Made by a program: the position numbers and the translations under genes. From Nitrospirota bacterium (GTDB taxonomy: Bacteria > Nitrospirota > Thermodesulfovibrionia > Thermodesulfovibrionales > Dissulfurispiraceae): a stretch of 64,000 bases of DNA. Positions 37,105 through 47,766 of this stretch are shown piece by piece. Position 1 is the first letter of the stretch, and every line of letters begins with the position of its first letter. The notes below the pieces were generated by a model. That model had not been told where the DNA came from. It saw nothing but the letters and a program-made list of their open reading frames with translations, and ran no database searches. The stretch spans positions 32,001 to 96,000 of the forward strand of contig CAWBMP010000005.1 in assembly GCA_963790025.1 (NCBI GenBank), given 5' to 3'.

Positions 37105-40100
37105 TGCATATTGCTGAACTTTTTATACGCCGTCCGGTCATGACTGTTCTGGTCATGTTTGCAATCCTGCTGTTCGGGTTTATGGGGTACCGTTTTCTGC
37201 CTGTGAGCGATCTGCCGAATGTGGATTTTCCGACACTGCTGGTTACGGCCAGTCTCCCGGGCGCAAGCCCTGATACAATGGCTTCGGCAGTGGCTACGCC
37301 CCTTGAGCGCCAGTTCTCGACCATTGCCGGAGTGGATTCCATGAACTCGGTCAATGCATTGGGAAACACGCAGATCACGATCCAGTTTAATCTTAGCAGG
37401 AACATCGATGCCGCGGCGCAGGACGTGCAGGCGATGATCGCAAAGGCAGGACCCCTCCTCCCCAAGAACATGCCTGTTCCTCCGACATACCAGAAAGTCA
37501 ACCCTGCGGACCAGCCGGTTATATACCTCTCGCTGAGTTCACCAACTTTGCCGCTTTCTGCTGTTAATGAATATGCGGACACCATGATAGCGCAGAGAAT
37601 CTCAATGATAAGCGGCGTTGCACAGGTCCAGATCTTCGGCTCGCAGAAATTCGCGGTGCGCGCGCAGCTCAATCCGAGTGCTCTCGCTTCAAGGGGCATC
37701 GGGATTGACGAGATTTCCACAGCAGTCCAAAATGGCAATGTCAATCTTCCCACGGGTACTCTGGATGGAAAGAGCCAGGCTTATACAATTGAAGCCAACG
37801 GCCAATTACTTGATGCGTCGGGGTATCGCCCGCTTATAGTAGCTTACCGCAACGGCAATCCGGTGAGATTGTTTGAACTCGGCAATGTTATTAACGATGT
37901 CGAGAACAATAAAGTGGCAAGCTGGTACGGAGATACCCGCTCCATTGTTCTCGCTATACAGCGTCAACCGGGCACGAACACGATAGAAGTGGTTGACTCC
38001 ATCAAGGCGCTTCTGCCCAAGTTCCGCGCACAGATGCCGGCATCCGTGAATCTGAACATCCTTTATGACCGCTCCGTGTCTATCCGGGATTCTGTCGGGG
38101 ATGTTAAATTCACACTGTTGTTGACTATCGCACTCGTTGTTATGGTCATTTTTCTCTTTCTGCGCAATCTTTCTGCCACCATCATCCCGAGTCTTGCACT
38201 GCCCATGTCCATAGTGGGCACCTTTGCGGCAATGTACCTGCTGGGATATAGTCTCGATAATTTTTCATTGATGGCGCTTACGCTTTCGGTAGGATTTGTC
38301 GTGGATGACGCGATAGTCATGCTCGAAAATATTGTGAGACACATGGAAAAGGGTGAAGGCGTGCTCGATGCAGCTCTAAAAGGTTCGAGGGAAATAGGTT
38401 TTACCATTCTTTCCATGACGCTTTCTCTTGTCGCGGTTTTTATTCCGGTTCTCTTTATGGGCGGTATTCTGGGCCGTCTCCTCCACGAGTTTGCGATAAC
38501 GATAAGCATGGCCATACTGATCTCGGGGTTTGTTTCGCTGAGTCTTACACCCATGCTGTGCAGCAGGTTCCTCCGGCCGCATGGAGAAGTGAAGCATGGG
38601 AAACTATATATGCTCATGGAGAATTTTTTTGATGGAATGCTTAAAGGGTATGACTGGAGTCTTCAGCGGGTACTGCGCCGCAGGCGCAGCGTAATGATAA
38701 TCTCCATTTTACTGATTTTTGTTACCGGCTGGCTTTTTACAAGGATGCCGATGGGGTTTCTCCCCTCTGAGGACACAGGGTCGATCTTTGCTTTCACAGA
38801 GGCCCAGCAGGGAATCTCCTTCGAAGACATGAAGCTGCACCAACTTGCCCTGGCTTCGATTGTCCGCAGCGACCCTAACATCGAGACTTATTTTTCATCC
38901 ATAGGAGCAGGCGGACCGAACGTTGCGAGCAACACAGGTCGTATTTTCATGAGGCTGAAACCTCGTTCAGAACGGAAATTGAGCGCTGATGAAATAATCC
39001 AGGAATTGAGACCCAAGCTGTCCGTGGTCCCCGGAATTCGCATTTTCATGCAGAACCTTCCTCCGATCCGTATCGGGGGCCAATTGACAAAAAGCCTTTA
39101 TCAATTTACTTTGCAGGGTCCCGACACAGCCGATCTTTACAGTCGAGCCACGGAATTTGAGGAAAAAATGCGCTCCCTTCCACAGCTTCAGGATGTTACC
39201 AGCGACCTGCAGATCAGGAACCCGCAGGTGAATTTGAATATAGACCGGGACCAGGCCGCTGCCCTCGGCGTTTCAGCGACCCAGGTCGAGGATGCCCTCT
39301 ATACGGCTTACGGCTCCCGCCAGATCTCGACTATATTTGCGCCTAATAACCAATATCAGGTCATCATGGAGCTTGAGCCGAGGTACCAGGCTGACCCTGC
39401 GGCCCTTTCCCTGCTCTATGTGCACTCATCCAACAATCAACTGGTTCCTCTCAGTGCTGTGGCAAAGCCGGAAAAGGGAGTGGGCCCGCTTACAGTGAAC
39501 CATCTGGGGCAGTTGCCTGCCGTGACTATTTCTTTTAATCTAAGGCCCGGCGTGGCACTGGGTGAAGCCGTGGGGAAAGTTGACAGGCTAGCCCGTGCCG
39601 ATCTCCCCCAGACTATCAGTACGAGTTTCCAGGGTACGGCCCAGGCTTTCCAGTCGTCCACACAGGGACTGTGGGTCCTGCTCATAGTGGCGATACTTGT
39701 TATCTATATAGTATTGGGAATACTGTATGAGAGTTTCATCCATCCTCTGACTATCCTTTCAGGACTCCCCTCCGCCGGTATAGGAGCGCTTCTGACGCTG
39801 ATGCTGTTCGGCAAGGACCTGAATATTTATGCCTTTGTAGGGATTATCATGCTCGTCGGTATCGTGAAGAAAAATGCCATTATGATGATAGATTTCGCCC
39901 TGGGGGCCCAAAGGGAGGGCGGCAAGAGCGCCCAGGATGCTATTTATGAAGGAGCGTTGATAAGGTTCCGACCCATCATGATGACAACTATGGCGGCGCT
40001 GATGGGGACCCTGCCGATCGCCCTTGGTGTCGGTGCAGGATCGGAAGCCAGACGTCCCCTTGGACTCGCGGTCGTCGGCGGTCTGGTTTTCTCGCAACTG

Positions 40101-40175
40101 CTTACACTGTATATTACCCCTGTCATCTATACATATCTTGATGCTTTACAACATAAAGTAAAAAGTGAAAAATAA
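37104..40175 (+). CDS. RND efflux permease (MdtB/MdtC-like)
   Basis: FIRRPV.T, LPVSDLPNVDFPT, GFVVDDAIVMLENI, GIVKKNAIMMIDFA, RFRPIMMTT. Confidence 0.95.
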   Translation: MHIAELFIRRPVMTVLVMFAILLFGFMGYRFLPVSDLPNVDFPTLLVTASLPGASPDTMASAVATPLERQFSTIAGVDSMNSVNALGNTQITIQFNLSRNIDAAAQDVQAMIAKAGPLLPKNMPVPPTYQKVNPADQPVIYLSLSSPTLPLSAVNEYADTMIAQRISMISGVAQVQIFGSQKFAVRAQLNPSALASRGIGIDEISTAVQNGNVNLPTGTLDGKSQAYTIEANGQLLDASGYRPLIVAYRNGNPVRLFELGNVINDVENNKVASWYGDTRSIVLAIQRQPGTNTIEVVDSIKALLPKFRAQMPASVNLNILYDRSVSIRDSVGDVKFTLLLTIALVVMVIFLFLRNLSATIIPSLALPMSIVGTFAAMYLLGYSLDNFSLMALTLSVGFVVDDAIVMLENIVRHMEKGEGVLDAALKGSREIGFTILSMTLSLVAVFIPVLFMGGILGRLLHEFAITISMAILISGFVSLSLTPMLCSRFLRPHGEVKHGKLYMLMENFFDGMLKGYDWSLQRVLRRRRSVMIISILLIFVTGWLFTRMPMGFLPSEDTGSIFAFTEAQQGISFEDMKLHQLALASIVRSDPNIETYFSSIGAGGPNVASNTGRIFMRLKPRSERKLSADEIIQELRPKLSVVPGIRIFMQNLPPIRIGGQLTKSLYQFTLQGPDTADLYSRATEFEEKMRSLPQLQDVTSDLQIRNPQVNLNIDRDQAAALGVSATQVEDALYTAYGSRQISTIFAPNNQYQVIMELEPRYQADPAALSLLYVHSSNNQLVPLSAVAKPEKGVGPLTVNHLGQLPAVTISFNLRPGVALGEAVGKVDRLARADLPQTISTSFQGTAQAFQSSTQGLWVLLIVAILVIYIVLGILYESFIHPLTILSGLPSAGIGALLTLMLFGKDLNIYAFVGIIMLVGIVKKNAIMMIDFALGAQREGGKSAQDAIYEGALIRFRPIMMTTMAALMGTLPIALGVGAGSEARRPLGLAVVGGLVFSQLLTLYITPVIYTYLDALQHKVKSEK

Positions 40176-40239
40176 AAAACAAAAGAAAATATTATATGTT
40201 TGTCATTACTTTTTACTTTTGACTTCTCACTATTTACTT
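40156..40239. repeat. Second copy of the inverted 7-bp array element
   Basis: aagtaaa aagtgaa aaataaa aaacaaa ... attactt tttactt ttgactt ctcacta tttactt; contains the RND permease stop codon. Confidence 0.7.
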
Positions 40240-40261
40240 GTTTTTCCTGCGGAGGTGGAAT

Positions 40262-41365
40262 ATGGAAGAGACTAAACCTGAAAATAACGGAGAGCGCACT
40301 AACAAGAAAAAGATGGCGCTTGTCGTATTTGCCGTTCTTGGCGTGGTTGGCGCTGTGGTCCTTTATTTATACCTGGGCTATCAGGCCACCCATATTTCAA
40401 CTGACGATGCTTTCGTGGACGGCCACATACATACTATTGCATCAAAAATACCGGGGACGGTAAAGGAAGTTTTTGTCGACGATAATCAGCTGGTCAAAAA
40501 GGGAGATCTGCTTGTCGAAATAGACCCTGCAGATTATGACGCGATAGTGAGAGAAACGTCATCAGGCCTTGGCGCGGAGCAGGCGAGGCTTACTGAGATA
40601 GGGGCGAGGGTCGAAGCGGCAAAACGACAACTTGCCGAACTCAGGGCCGGTGTCGAGACAGCCCGGGCAAACCTGGAACTGCAGGAAGCAAACCTCGGGC
40701 AGGCCGGGCGGGACGAAAAAAGGGCGGAGGCCCTTTTCGCATCCGATGCATATTCCAAAGAACGGTATGAGAAAACAAAGACGGCATATGACGTAGCGAG
40801 AGCGCAGGTGAAGGCGGCGCAGGAGCAACTCCGCCAGGCCGAAATAGCGGTTGAGACGCAAAAGGCAGTGGTGCTGCAGGTCGAATCGGCGGGTGCATCA
40901 CAGCGGTCCACCATAAAGCAAAAAGCGGCACAGCTGGATACGGCTGAACTCAATTACAGTTATGCGAAAATTTATGCTCCGGCGGACGGTTATATCACTA
41001 AAAAATCGGTGGAACGGGGCAACCAGATTCAGGCGGGCCAACCGCTGATGGCAGTTACCGCGCTTAACGATATATGGGTAATTGCGAATTACAAGGAAAC
41101 AGAACTGAAGAAAATAAGACCGGGGCGGAAAGTCTCTATAAAAATTGACACCTATCCCGGTAAAAGGTTCAGGGGGACGGTGGACAGCATAATGGCGGGG
41201 ACCGGATCGGTATTCTCTCTTTTTCCGCCTGAGAACGCCACAGGCAATTTTGTAAAAGTGGTGCAGCGGATACCGGTCAAGATAGTGCTTGACAAGGACA
41301 CGGATGCGGGGCATCTCCTGCGTATCGGGATGTCGGTCGTGCCTACGGTAGTAGTCGGGAAATGA
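40262..41365 (+). CDS. HlyD family / EmrA-like membrane fusion protein
   Basis: STDDAFVDG, DNQLVKKGD, ANYKETEL, GTGSVFSLFPPENATGNFVKVVQRIPVKI; GGAGG RBS. Confidence 0.93.
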   Translation: MEETKPENNGERTNKKKMALVVFAVLGVVGAVVLYLYLGYQATHISTDDAFVDGHIHTIASKIPGTVKEVFVDDNQLVKKGDLLVEIDPADYDAIVRETSSGLGAEQARLTEIGARVEAAKRQLAELRAGVETARANLELQEANLGQAGRDEKRAEALFASDAYSKERYEKTKTAYDVARAQVKAAQEQLRQAEIAVETQKAVVLQVESAGASQRSTIKQKAAQLDTAELNYSYAKIYAPADGYITKKSVERGNQIQAGQPLMAVTALNDIWVIANYKETELKKIRPGRKVSIKIDTYPGKRFRGTVDSIMAGTGSVFSLFPPENATGNFVKVVQRIPVKIVLDKDTDAGHLLRIGMSVVPTVVVGK

Positions 41366-42900
41366 ACAAATGGACAAAATGGATTATTGCACTTACGGTC
41401 ATGCTCCCGACGCTCATAGAGATCGTGGATACCTCTGTGGTAAATGTGGCGCTCGACCATATCAGGGGGAGCCTTTCCGCAGGTCTTGATGAGTCGACCT
41501 GGACTATCACGTCCTACCTAGTTTCAAATGCCATCATTATTCCCATGACGGGATGGCTGAGCAGGATGTTCGGCAGGAAGCGTTACCTGATCTCTTCGAT
41601 AACACTTTTTACCGTAAGTTCCTTCTTGTGCGGCTCCGCCTGGAGTCTCCAGAGCCTCATTGTCTTCAGGGTCCTGCAGGGGATCGGAGGCGGCGCTCTG
41701 CAGCCTATTTCACAATCGATTCTCCTTGAGTCTTTCCCCCCGCGCCAGCACGGGATGGCAATGGCGGTATTCGGCGTCGGCATCATGTTTGGTCCGATCG
41801 TCGGGCCGCTCCTCGGCGGGTGGATTACCGACAACTGGTCCTGGCACTGGATCTTTTATATAAACATCCCGATCGGCATCATATCTATTCTTATGGCCTA
41901 CTTCTTTATCACCGATCCGCCTTATATTAAGCGGACTGCAATGAAGATAGATTACTGGGGTCTTATGCTTCTTGCCCTAGGACTCGGCAGCCTTCAGATC
42001 GTCCTTGACAAAGGACAGAGGGAGAACTGGTTCTCATCAAGCTTCATCTTCTGGTTGAGCATAATTTCGGGAACTGCTATTTTGTTGTTCGTTATTGTCG
42101 AGCTTTTTGCAGAGCACCCGATCGTGGACCTGAGGACATTCAAAAATGTCTCTTTCAGCACCGGAAACGTTGTAATGTTTTTTGCTTTTTTCAGTCTTTT
42201 TGCAAGTATTGTTCTCCTTCCCATTTATTTGCAGACGCTCATGGGATATACGGCAACCCTTGCCGGAATGGTGCTGGCACCGGGAGGTATCGCCGCGCTT
42301 ATAGCGATGCCCATTGCGGGAAGATTGGTAACCAGGGTGAACCCTAAAGGGCTGTTGTTTACCGGCATGGCCATCTGTGCCTATGCGACATACCGCATGT
42401 CACTATTTGATCTCTATGCGGATTTCGACGCGCTTCTTTGGCCGAGGATTGTTCAGGGCGTCGGGATAGGGCTTCTTTTTATACCGCTTACCACTCTTAC
42501 GCTCTCAACAGTAAAAAAGGAAGCCATGGGTAACGCGACGTCGATATACAACCTTTTAAGAAATCTGGGGGGAAGCTTTGGTGTTGCTTTTGTAACGACC
42601 ATTCTTGCACGGCGAGAACAATTCCATCAGTTCAGGCTTACTGAACATCTCACCCCTTTTGACAGGAGCTACCAGACTGCACTGCAGCAGTCTTCGAAGG
42701 TATTGCAGTATAAAGGCGCCGGCGTTTTATCGTCTCAGGCAGGCCAGGGGACGATCTACGGGGAGTTGCTGAGGCAAGCATCGATGCTTTCTTTCAACGA
42801 TGCTTTTCGGACGGTAAGCATAATTACGCTTTGCATCCTCCCGCTGGTGCTGCTTATGAGGCGCGGCAGAAAAAGCGATGTGCCTGCCGGAATGCATTAG
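41362..42900 (+). CDS. DHA2 family MFS efflux permease (EmrB-like)
   Basis: DTSVVNVAL, WTITSYLVSNAI..PMTGWL...FGRKR, GPIVGPLLGGWITDN.SW.WIFYIN.PIG. Confidence 0.95.
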   Translation: MNKWTKWIIALTVMLPTLIEIVDTSVVNVALDHIRGSLSAGLDESTWTITSYLVSNAIIIPMTGWLSRMFGRKRYLISSITLFTVSSFLCGSAWSLQSLIVFRVLQGIGGGALQPISQSILLESFPPRQHGMAMAVFGVGIMFGPIVGPLLGGWITDNWSWHWIFYINIPIGIISILMAYFFITDPPYIKRTAMKIDYWGLMLLALGLGSLQIVLDKGQRENWFSSSFIFWLSIISGTAILLFVIVELFAEHPIVDLRTFKNVSFSTGNVVMFFAFFSLFASIVLLPIYLQTLMGYTATLAGMVLAPGGIAALIAMPIAGRLVTRVNPKGLLFTGMAICAYATYRMSLFDLYADFDALLWPRIVQGVGIGLLFIPLTTLTLSTVKKEAMGNATSIYNLLRNLGGSFGVAFVTTILARREQFHQFRLTEHLTPFDRSYQTALQQSSKVLQYKGAGVLSSQAGQGTIYGELLRQASMLSFNDAFRTVSIITLCILPLVLLMRRGRKSDVPAGMH

Positions 42901-43312
42901 CTGTCCGACGGTAATTATGGAGCGGTAATTCTGAATACACTTCGTCGTGATATCCTATAACAATAGGGCTGCTCGCGCCTTCGGTTATTACGAAAGCAAT
43001 AACGATACGGACATTCAAACCCGCAAAGAATCCCTCTCAAGCAAAATATATGGGTGCCCTCTATATAGGTGAATAACCAACACTTGCTGCAAACCTGATT
43101 GCCCTGATAGTTACGGTTGCACAACTTTGTCGCTGGTTAACCATTATAACAATGGCTATTACAGGGTCGCTTGGCTCCAACTGCGCCCGTTATAAAGCGG
43201 TTGCCTAAATAAACACTTTTAAAAAAATGATAATATAATGAGTCCATGACCTCTATCGAAAATAAAATACAATTAGGATAATTTAAAAAAATGGAATTGA
43301 AGGAGATTTTGC

Positions 43313-45355
43313 TTGGAAGAAGATGACTGTCCAAAAATCGAAGCTGGATACGGATTAGCTGCAGGTGGTTCTGCTTTTTCTGTTGGTATTGAAGCAGCAA
43401 AGAAAGCCTTATCAGCCATTCATGCGCATGCCATTTCAGCACTCCTGATATTTGCATCTGGCAAGTACAACCTTGAAGAGGTTTTAAAGGGAATTCATAG
43501 TGTGTCTGGTGATGTGCCTGTGTTTGGTACTACAACAGCAGGAGAGATTTGTGACGGAATACATAAGGAGACGGTTGTAGTTGTGGCTTTAGCCTCTCCT
43601 TATTTAAAGGTATCTTGTGGAATAGGAACAGATGTATCCAAAGATTGGCAGAAAGCTTTGGATGCGGCTGTGAATTCACCGAATATACGACCTTTCTTTC
43701 AATCCGATATTCAATTTAGGCAAGAAATGACTCGCATGGGTAAAAATGTTTTCGTTATGATCTTCTCCCCCGGCAATACTCGCAAAAGCAACTCTAAGAG
43801 TTTTGAGATTCTGGAAGCACTTAAGATGAAATCGTTGGGCAGATTTTCAATTGTTGGAGGATCTTCAGCGGATGACTGGCGGCTGGAAAAGAACCATGTG
43901 CTCTACGGGCAACAAGCCTATCCTGATAGCTTGCTTCTCGCTGTTTTTGAAACGGAACTTCAGTTCGGAATCTCCTTGACCCATGGGTTTCGTTCAGCCT
44001 CACTGAAAACAACTGTTACTTCTGTTGAAGGACATGAGGTTCTGACGCTGGATGGTGTTCGGGCAGCCGATATGGTCAGTAGATTATTGGGCTTCTCCAC
44101 GAAGGACCTGCAAGGAAAACACATATCCCTTGCAACGGGCCACACGCTGGGAACATCTGATCCTATGGGGCAATACAGCATAAATGTTGCCAGTTATTTT
44201 ACCCACCGGGGAGGCTTACTTTTAACCCAACCGGTCACTGCCGGGACGGTTTTGACATTGATGGAACCAAACACGGAGAGTATGGTAAGTGCAGGAACTG
44301 ATGCTTTGCGTAAGGCGATAATAAGAGGGGGGATAACGGATATAGCCATTTGTTTGGTCAATTACTGTGCATTACGCCGAAGAATTATGGGGGAAAAGTC
44401 GAAAGAGGAAATTTCCGGCATGACTAAAATGTTGGATGGAAAACCGATTGTAGGGTTTTACAGTTTTGGTGAGCAGGGAGTTGCGGATGATGGAGTTAGC
44501 CGTCACAATAACTCATCTGTTTCCTGCCTTGTGTTTGGAAGTCAACTGTCACAAACGGCACATGTTGCTTTTAGAAATAGTGTGTTATTGAACGAATTAA
44601 ACAAAGAAATAGAGATACGCAAGCGGACAGAAGAAGCCCTCAGGAGATCGCGTGAAGAATTAGAACTGCGGGTCATGGAACGAACCTCGGAACTGATAAT
44701 AGCACTTGATCGCTTGCGTAATCTTGCTGTCCATTTGCTGTCCATCAGCGAACAGGAAAGAACAAAGATCGCCCGTGATATACACGATGAACTTGGTCAG
44801 GCGCTAACCGCTATAAAGATAGATTTAAGCTGGTTTCGAGACGAATACGGAGACCATAAGTCGATCTTAGACAAGACTCATGCCATATTGAACGTCCTTG
44901 ATGCAACAATCATATCGGTAAAACATATATGTACTGAGTTGAGACCATGGCTATTAGATGATCTCGGTCTTTTCGCCGCTATGCAATGGCAGGCGAATGA
45001 ATTTGAGAAACGGACAGGAATTGAATGTACCGTTATCGAAGAACCCTTGGATATAGAGTTAGACAAAGAGCGAAATACTGTGCTTTACAGAATCTTCCAG
45101 GAAGCACTGACAAACGTCCTTAAACATGCTAAGGCGACAAAGGTAACGGCAAGACTAATGCAGGATGATGACCACGTAATGCTGGAAGTCATGGATAATG
45201 GCGAAGGCATAACAAAAGAACAACTTTCGAAGCCCCAATCCTTTGGCCTTATGGGGATGATTGAACGCGTTTATCCCTGGGGAGGGAAAGTGGAGATTAC
45301 CGGTACCGAAGGTGGAGGCACCATGGTTAGGATAATTATGCCTATGTCCCCTTAA
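43313..45355 (+). CDS. FIST (N+C) domain sensor fused to a HisKA_3 histidine kinase
   Basis: VPVFGTTTAGEI, IVGGSSADD, YCALR, GFYSFGEQ; ERTKIARDIHDELGQ, QEALTNV, DNGEG; AAGGAG before TTG. Confidence 0.88.
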   Translation: MEEDDCPKIEAGYGLAAGGSAFSVGIEAAKKALSAIHAHAISALLIFASGKYNLEEVLKGIHSVSGDVPVFGTTTAGEICDGIHKETVVVVALASPYLKVSCGIGTDVSKDWQKALDAAVNSPNIRPFFQSDIQFRQEMTRMGKNVFVMIFSPGNTRKSNSKSFEILEALKMKSLGRFSIVGGSSADDWRLEKNHVLYGQQAYPDSLLLAVFETELQFGISLTHGFRSASLKTTVTSVEGHEVLTLDGVRAADMVSRLLGFSTKDLQGKHISLATGHTLGTSDPMGQYSINVASYFTHRGGLLLTQPVTAGTVLTLMEPNTESMVSAGTDALRKAIIRGGITDIAICLVNYCALRRRIMGEKSKEEISGMTKMLDGKPIVGFYSFGEQGVADDGVSRHNNSSVSCLVFGSQLSQTAHVAFRNSVLLNELNKEIEIRKRTEEALRRSREELELRVMERTSELIIALDRLRNLAVHLLSISEQERTKIARDIHDELGQALTAIKIDLSWFRDEYGDHKSILDKTHAILNVLDATIISVKHICTELRPWLLDDLGLFAAMQWQANEFEKRTGIECTVIEEPLDIELDKERNTVLYRIFQEALTNVLKHAKATKVTARLMQDDDHVMLEVMDNGEGITKEQLSKPQSFGLMGMIERVYPWGGKVEITGTEGGGTMVRIIMPMSP

Positions 45356-45677
45356 AACCATCGACGGACCTGGCTGAACTTGGGAAACTCCACGCTGATG
45401 ATTTGATTAAAAAAGTTCTTTAATAATTTGCAAAGAGGCAAAGGAAATAAATAGAACGACAAAGGGCTGGATTAAATACATACGCACTTTTCGCCGTCGA
45501 TCAATTGCCTCCTGAACATACACATCTGGTCATTTTGACTATAAGCTTTTTCAGAAGCCCACTTATGAGTCTCTCCTTATCGCTTGTGTTAAAATAATAG
45601 AAGCCGCCAAGGTTATAACATTAATATAATTTCCAAGAAACTACATATTGGAACCAGCCTGATAGTAAGGAGGCAAG

Positions 45678-46688
45678 ATGAAAAAACTTTTTGTTCTTAT
45701 TGGAGTTATTGCAGTCTTCTTTTCCTTTTCTACGGCATGGGGTGATGAAGTCGTACATGGTGCGGGGGCGTCGTTTGCCACGCCTGTATATCAGGCATGG
45801 GCATACGATTATAACAAGGCAATTGGAGTGAAGCTTAATTATCAGTCCGTGGGTTCGGGCGGCGGAATAAGACAGATCATCGAGAGGACAGTGGATTTCG
45901 GAGCTTCCGATGATCCCATACCCCCCGGCGACCTTAAGAGGTTCGATCTGGTCCAGTTTCCCACATTGATAGGGGGCGTCGTCCTTGCAGTAAACATCGA
46001 GGGAATCAAAGAGGGGCAATTAAAGCTCGATTCACAAGCTGTTTGCAGAATATACCTAGGCGATGTAAGGTACTGGGATGATGCCGCGATCAAGGTTCTC
46101 AATCCTTCTTTAAAATTGCCCCATGCCGCAATATCAGTTGTATTCCGCGCCGAGGGATCGGGGACGACAGCCATCTTCACCAACTATCTGGCAGGGACAT
46201 GTGCCGAGTTTAAAGCCAAGGTAGGACAGGGAACAGTGGTGAAGTGGCCACTGGGCATCGGCGGCAAGGGCAACGAGGGCGTTGCCAGCCATGTGAAGAC
46301 GTTAAACAACTCCATCGGATACTTACAATTCGCCTACGCTAAACAGAATAGACTCACGTATGCTCAGATGAAGAACAAAGCTGGCAACTTTGTCATGCCG
46401 GGTTTTGATACGTTTGAAGAGGCTGCTAATTCGGGAGTATTTGATGCCAACAAAGATTTCTTCGTGTGGCTCAATAATACCCCCGGCAAAAAAGCGTGGC
46501 CAATCACCGGAGCAACTTTTATTCTCCTTGCGCGGGATAGAAAGGATGCCAACATATTGACTGTTAAATTTTTTGACTGGGCTTTCAAGAACCGTGATGC
46601 TGTGGCTGAAGAACTTGGCTATGTGCCTCTTCGCAAATCTCTAAAGGATAAAATCAGAGCATATTGGAAAAGTAAAGGTATTTATTGA
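45678..46688 (+). CDS. pstS: Phosphate ABC transporter substrate-binding protein
   Basis: GAGASF..PVY..W, YQSVGSGGGIRQ, VDFGASD, R.EGSGTT.IFT.YL, GGKGNEGV, WPITGATF. Confidence 0.93.
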   Translation: MKKLFVLIGVIAVFFSFSTAWGDEVVHGAGASFATPVYQAWAYDYNKAIGVKLNYQSVGSGGGIRQIIERTVDFGASDDPIPPGDLKRFDLVQFPTLIGGVVLAVNIEGIKEGQLKLDSQAVCRIYLGDVRYWDDAAIKVLNPSLKLPHAAISVVFRAEGSGTTAIFTNYLAGTCAEFKAKVGQGTVVKWPLGIGGKGNEGVASHVKTLNNSIGYLQFAYAKQNRLTYAQMKNKAGNFVMPGFDTFEEAANSGVFDANKDFFVWLNNTPGKKAWPITGATFILLARDRKDANILTVKFFDWAFKNRDAVAEELGYVPLRKSLKDKIRAYWKSKGIY

Positions 46689-46770
46689 GCACATCTGTTA
46701 TCGGCCAGAATATGAAGTAGGACATCAATAGTATTCCTGCTCTTTTTGTTCAACAACCGGTTACGTCTAT

Positions 46771-47766
46771 TTATCTGATAATGAGTACCAATCCCTTACA
46801 GATAGCCCAGGCCAGAGCTACGCAGGCGGGGATTGTGATGATCCATGCAGCTACAATATTTCCTCCGAGAATCCACCGTACTGACGATAGGCGTTTAGAT
46901 GCGCCTACACCCATAATGGAAGCCGTTATGACATGGGTTGTTGACAGTGGCAATCCGATACGCGATGCTATCTCTATAACAGTCGCGGCAGCTGTCTCGG
47001 CAGCAAAGCCATTGATAGGTCTGAGTTGCGCCAGTTTCGTACCAAGAGTCTTGATAATCCTCCATCCTCCCACCGCTGTCCCCATGGCCATTGATGCCGC
47101 GCAGACGACAACGACCCACAAAGGGACATTGAAAGTGGGTAGATGATAGAAACTTACAAGGGCCATAGTAATTATTCCCATGGTTTTTTGAGCGTCGTTG
47201 TTACCATGACTGAAGGCCATATAAGCGGCAGAGAGAATTTGAAAACGGCTGAAAATATTGTTAACCAGGGATGGGGAGTGATTGCAAAAATACCTGGAGA
47301 GGAACTCCATTATAAAGTAGCCCAGGAAAAGGCCGACAATAGGGGAGACGATAAGGCCAATCAGAATTTTGAAAACGCCCATACCAATGACCACCCTTAT
47401 GCCGGAAGTTGCGACTGCGGCGCCCACAAGACTGGACAGCACTGCATGACTGGACGAGGTTGGAAGACCAAAATACCATGTTAGGAGGTCCCAAATGATT
47501 GCAGCGACAAGTGCTGAGAGTACTGTCAATTGAGTAACACTCCCGGCATCAACGAGTCCGGAGCCTACGGTCTTCGCTACCGCGGTTCCTGAAACAGCCC
47601 CCAGGAGGTTGAGCACTGTCGCCATGGCGATAGCGTTCCTTGGCGACAGGACGCGCGTAGAAACAGAGGTGGCTATGGCGTTAGCCGTGTCATGAAAGCC
47701 GTTGATGAAATCAAAAATAATCGAAAAAACAATCACGCAGACCAGCAGGGAAAAAGAATTATGCAT
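46771..47766 (-). CDS. pit: Inorganic phosphate transporter (PiT family)
   Basis: NGFHDTANAIAT, GLPTSSSHA, SHGNNDAQK, PLSTTH. Confidence 0.93.
   Translation of the reverse strand: MHNSFSLLVCVIVFSIIFDFINGFHDTANAIATSVSTRVLSPRNAIAMATVLNLLGAVSGTAVAKTVGSGLVDAGSVTQLTVLSALVAAIIWDLLTWYFGLPTSSSHAVLSSLVGAAVATSGIRVVIGMGVFKILIGLIVSPIVGLFLGYFIMEFLSRYFCNHSPSLVNNIFSRFQILSAAYMAFSHGNNDAQKTMGIITMALVSFYHLPTFNVPLWVVVVCAASMAMGTAVGGWRIIKTLGTKLAQLRPINGFAAETAAATVIEIASRIGLPLSTTHVITASIMGVGASKRLSSVRWILGGNIVAAWIITIPACVALAWAICKGLVLIIR

Noticed and set aside
31690..40239. CRISPR interpretation of the repeat arrays
   Set aside because: Units are 6-9 bp without unique spacers, and there are no cas genes
42915..43312. Small ORFs and a GAAA-loop hairpin (GTTATT...AATAAC) in the emrB-FIST spacer
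   Set aside because: No RBS-supported or recognisable product and no riboswitch consensus
45470..45580. Two SD-like sites with very short minus-strand ORFs upstream of pstS
   Set aside because: 10-22 codons with weak or non-canonical starts; cannot be supported without conservation data
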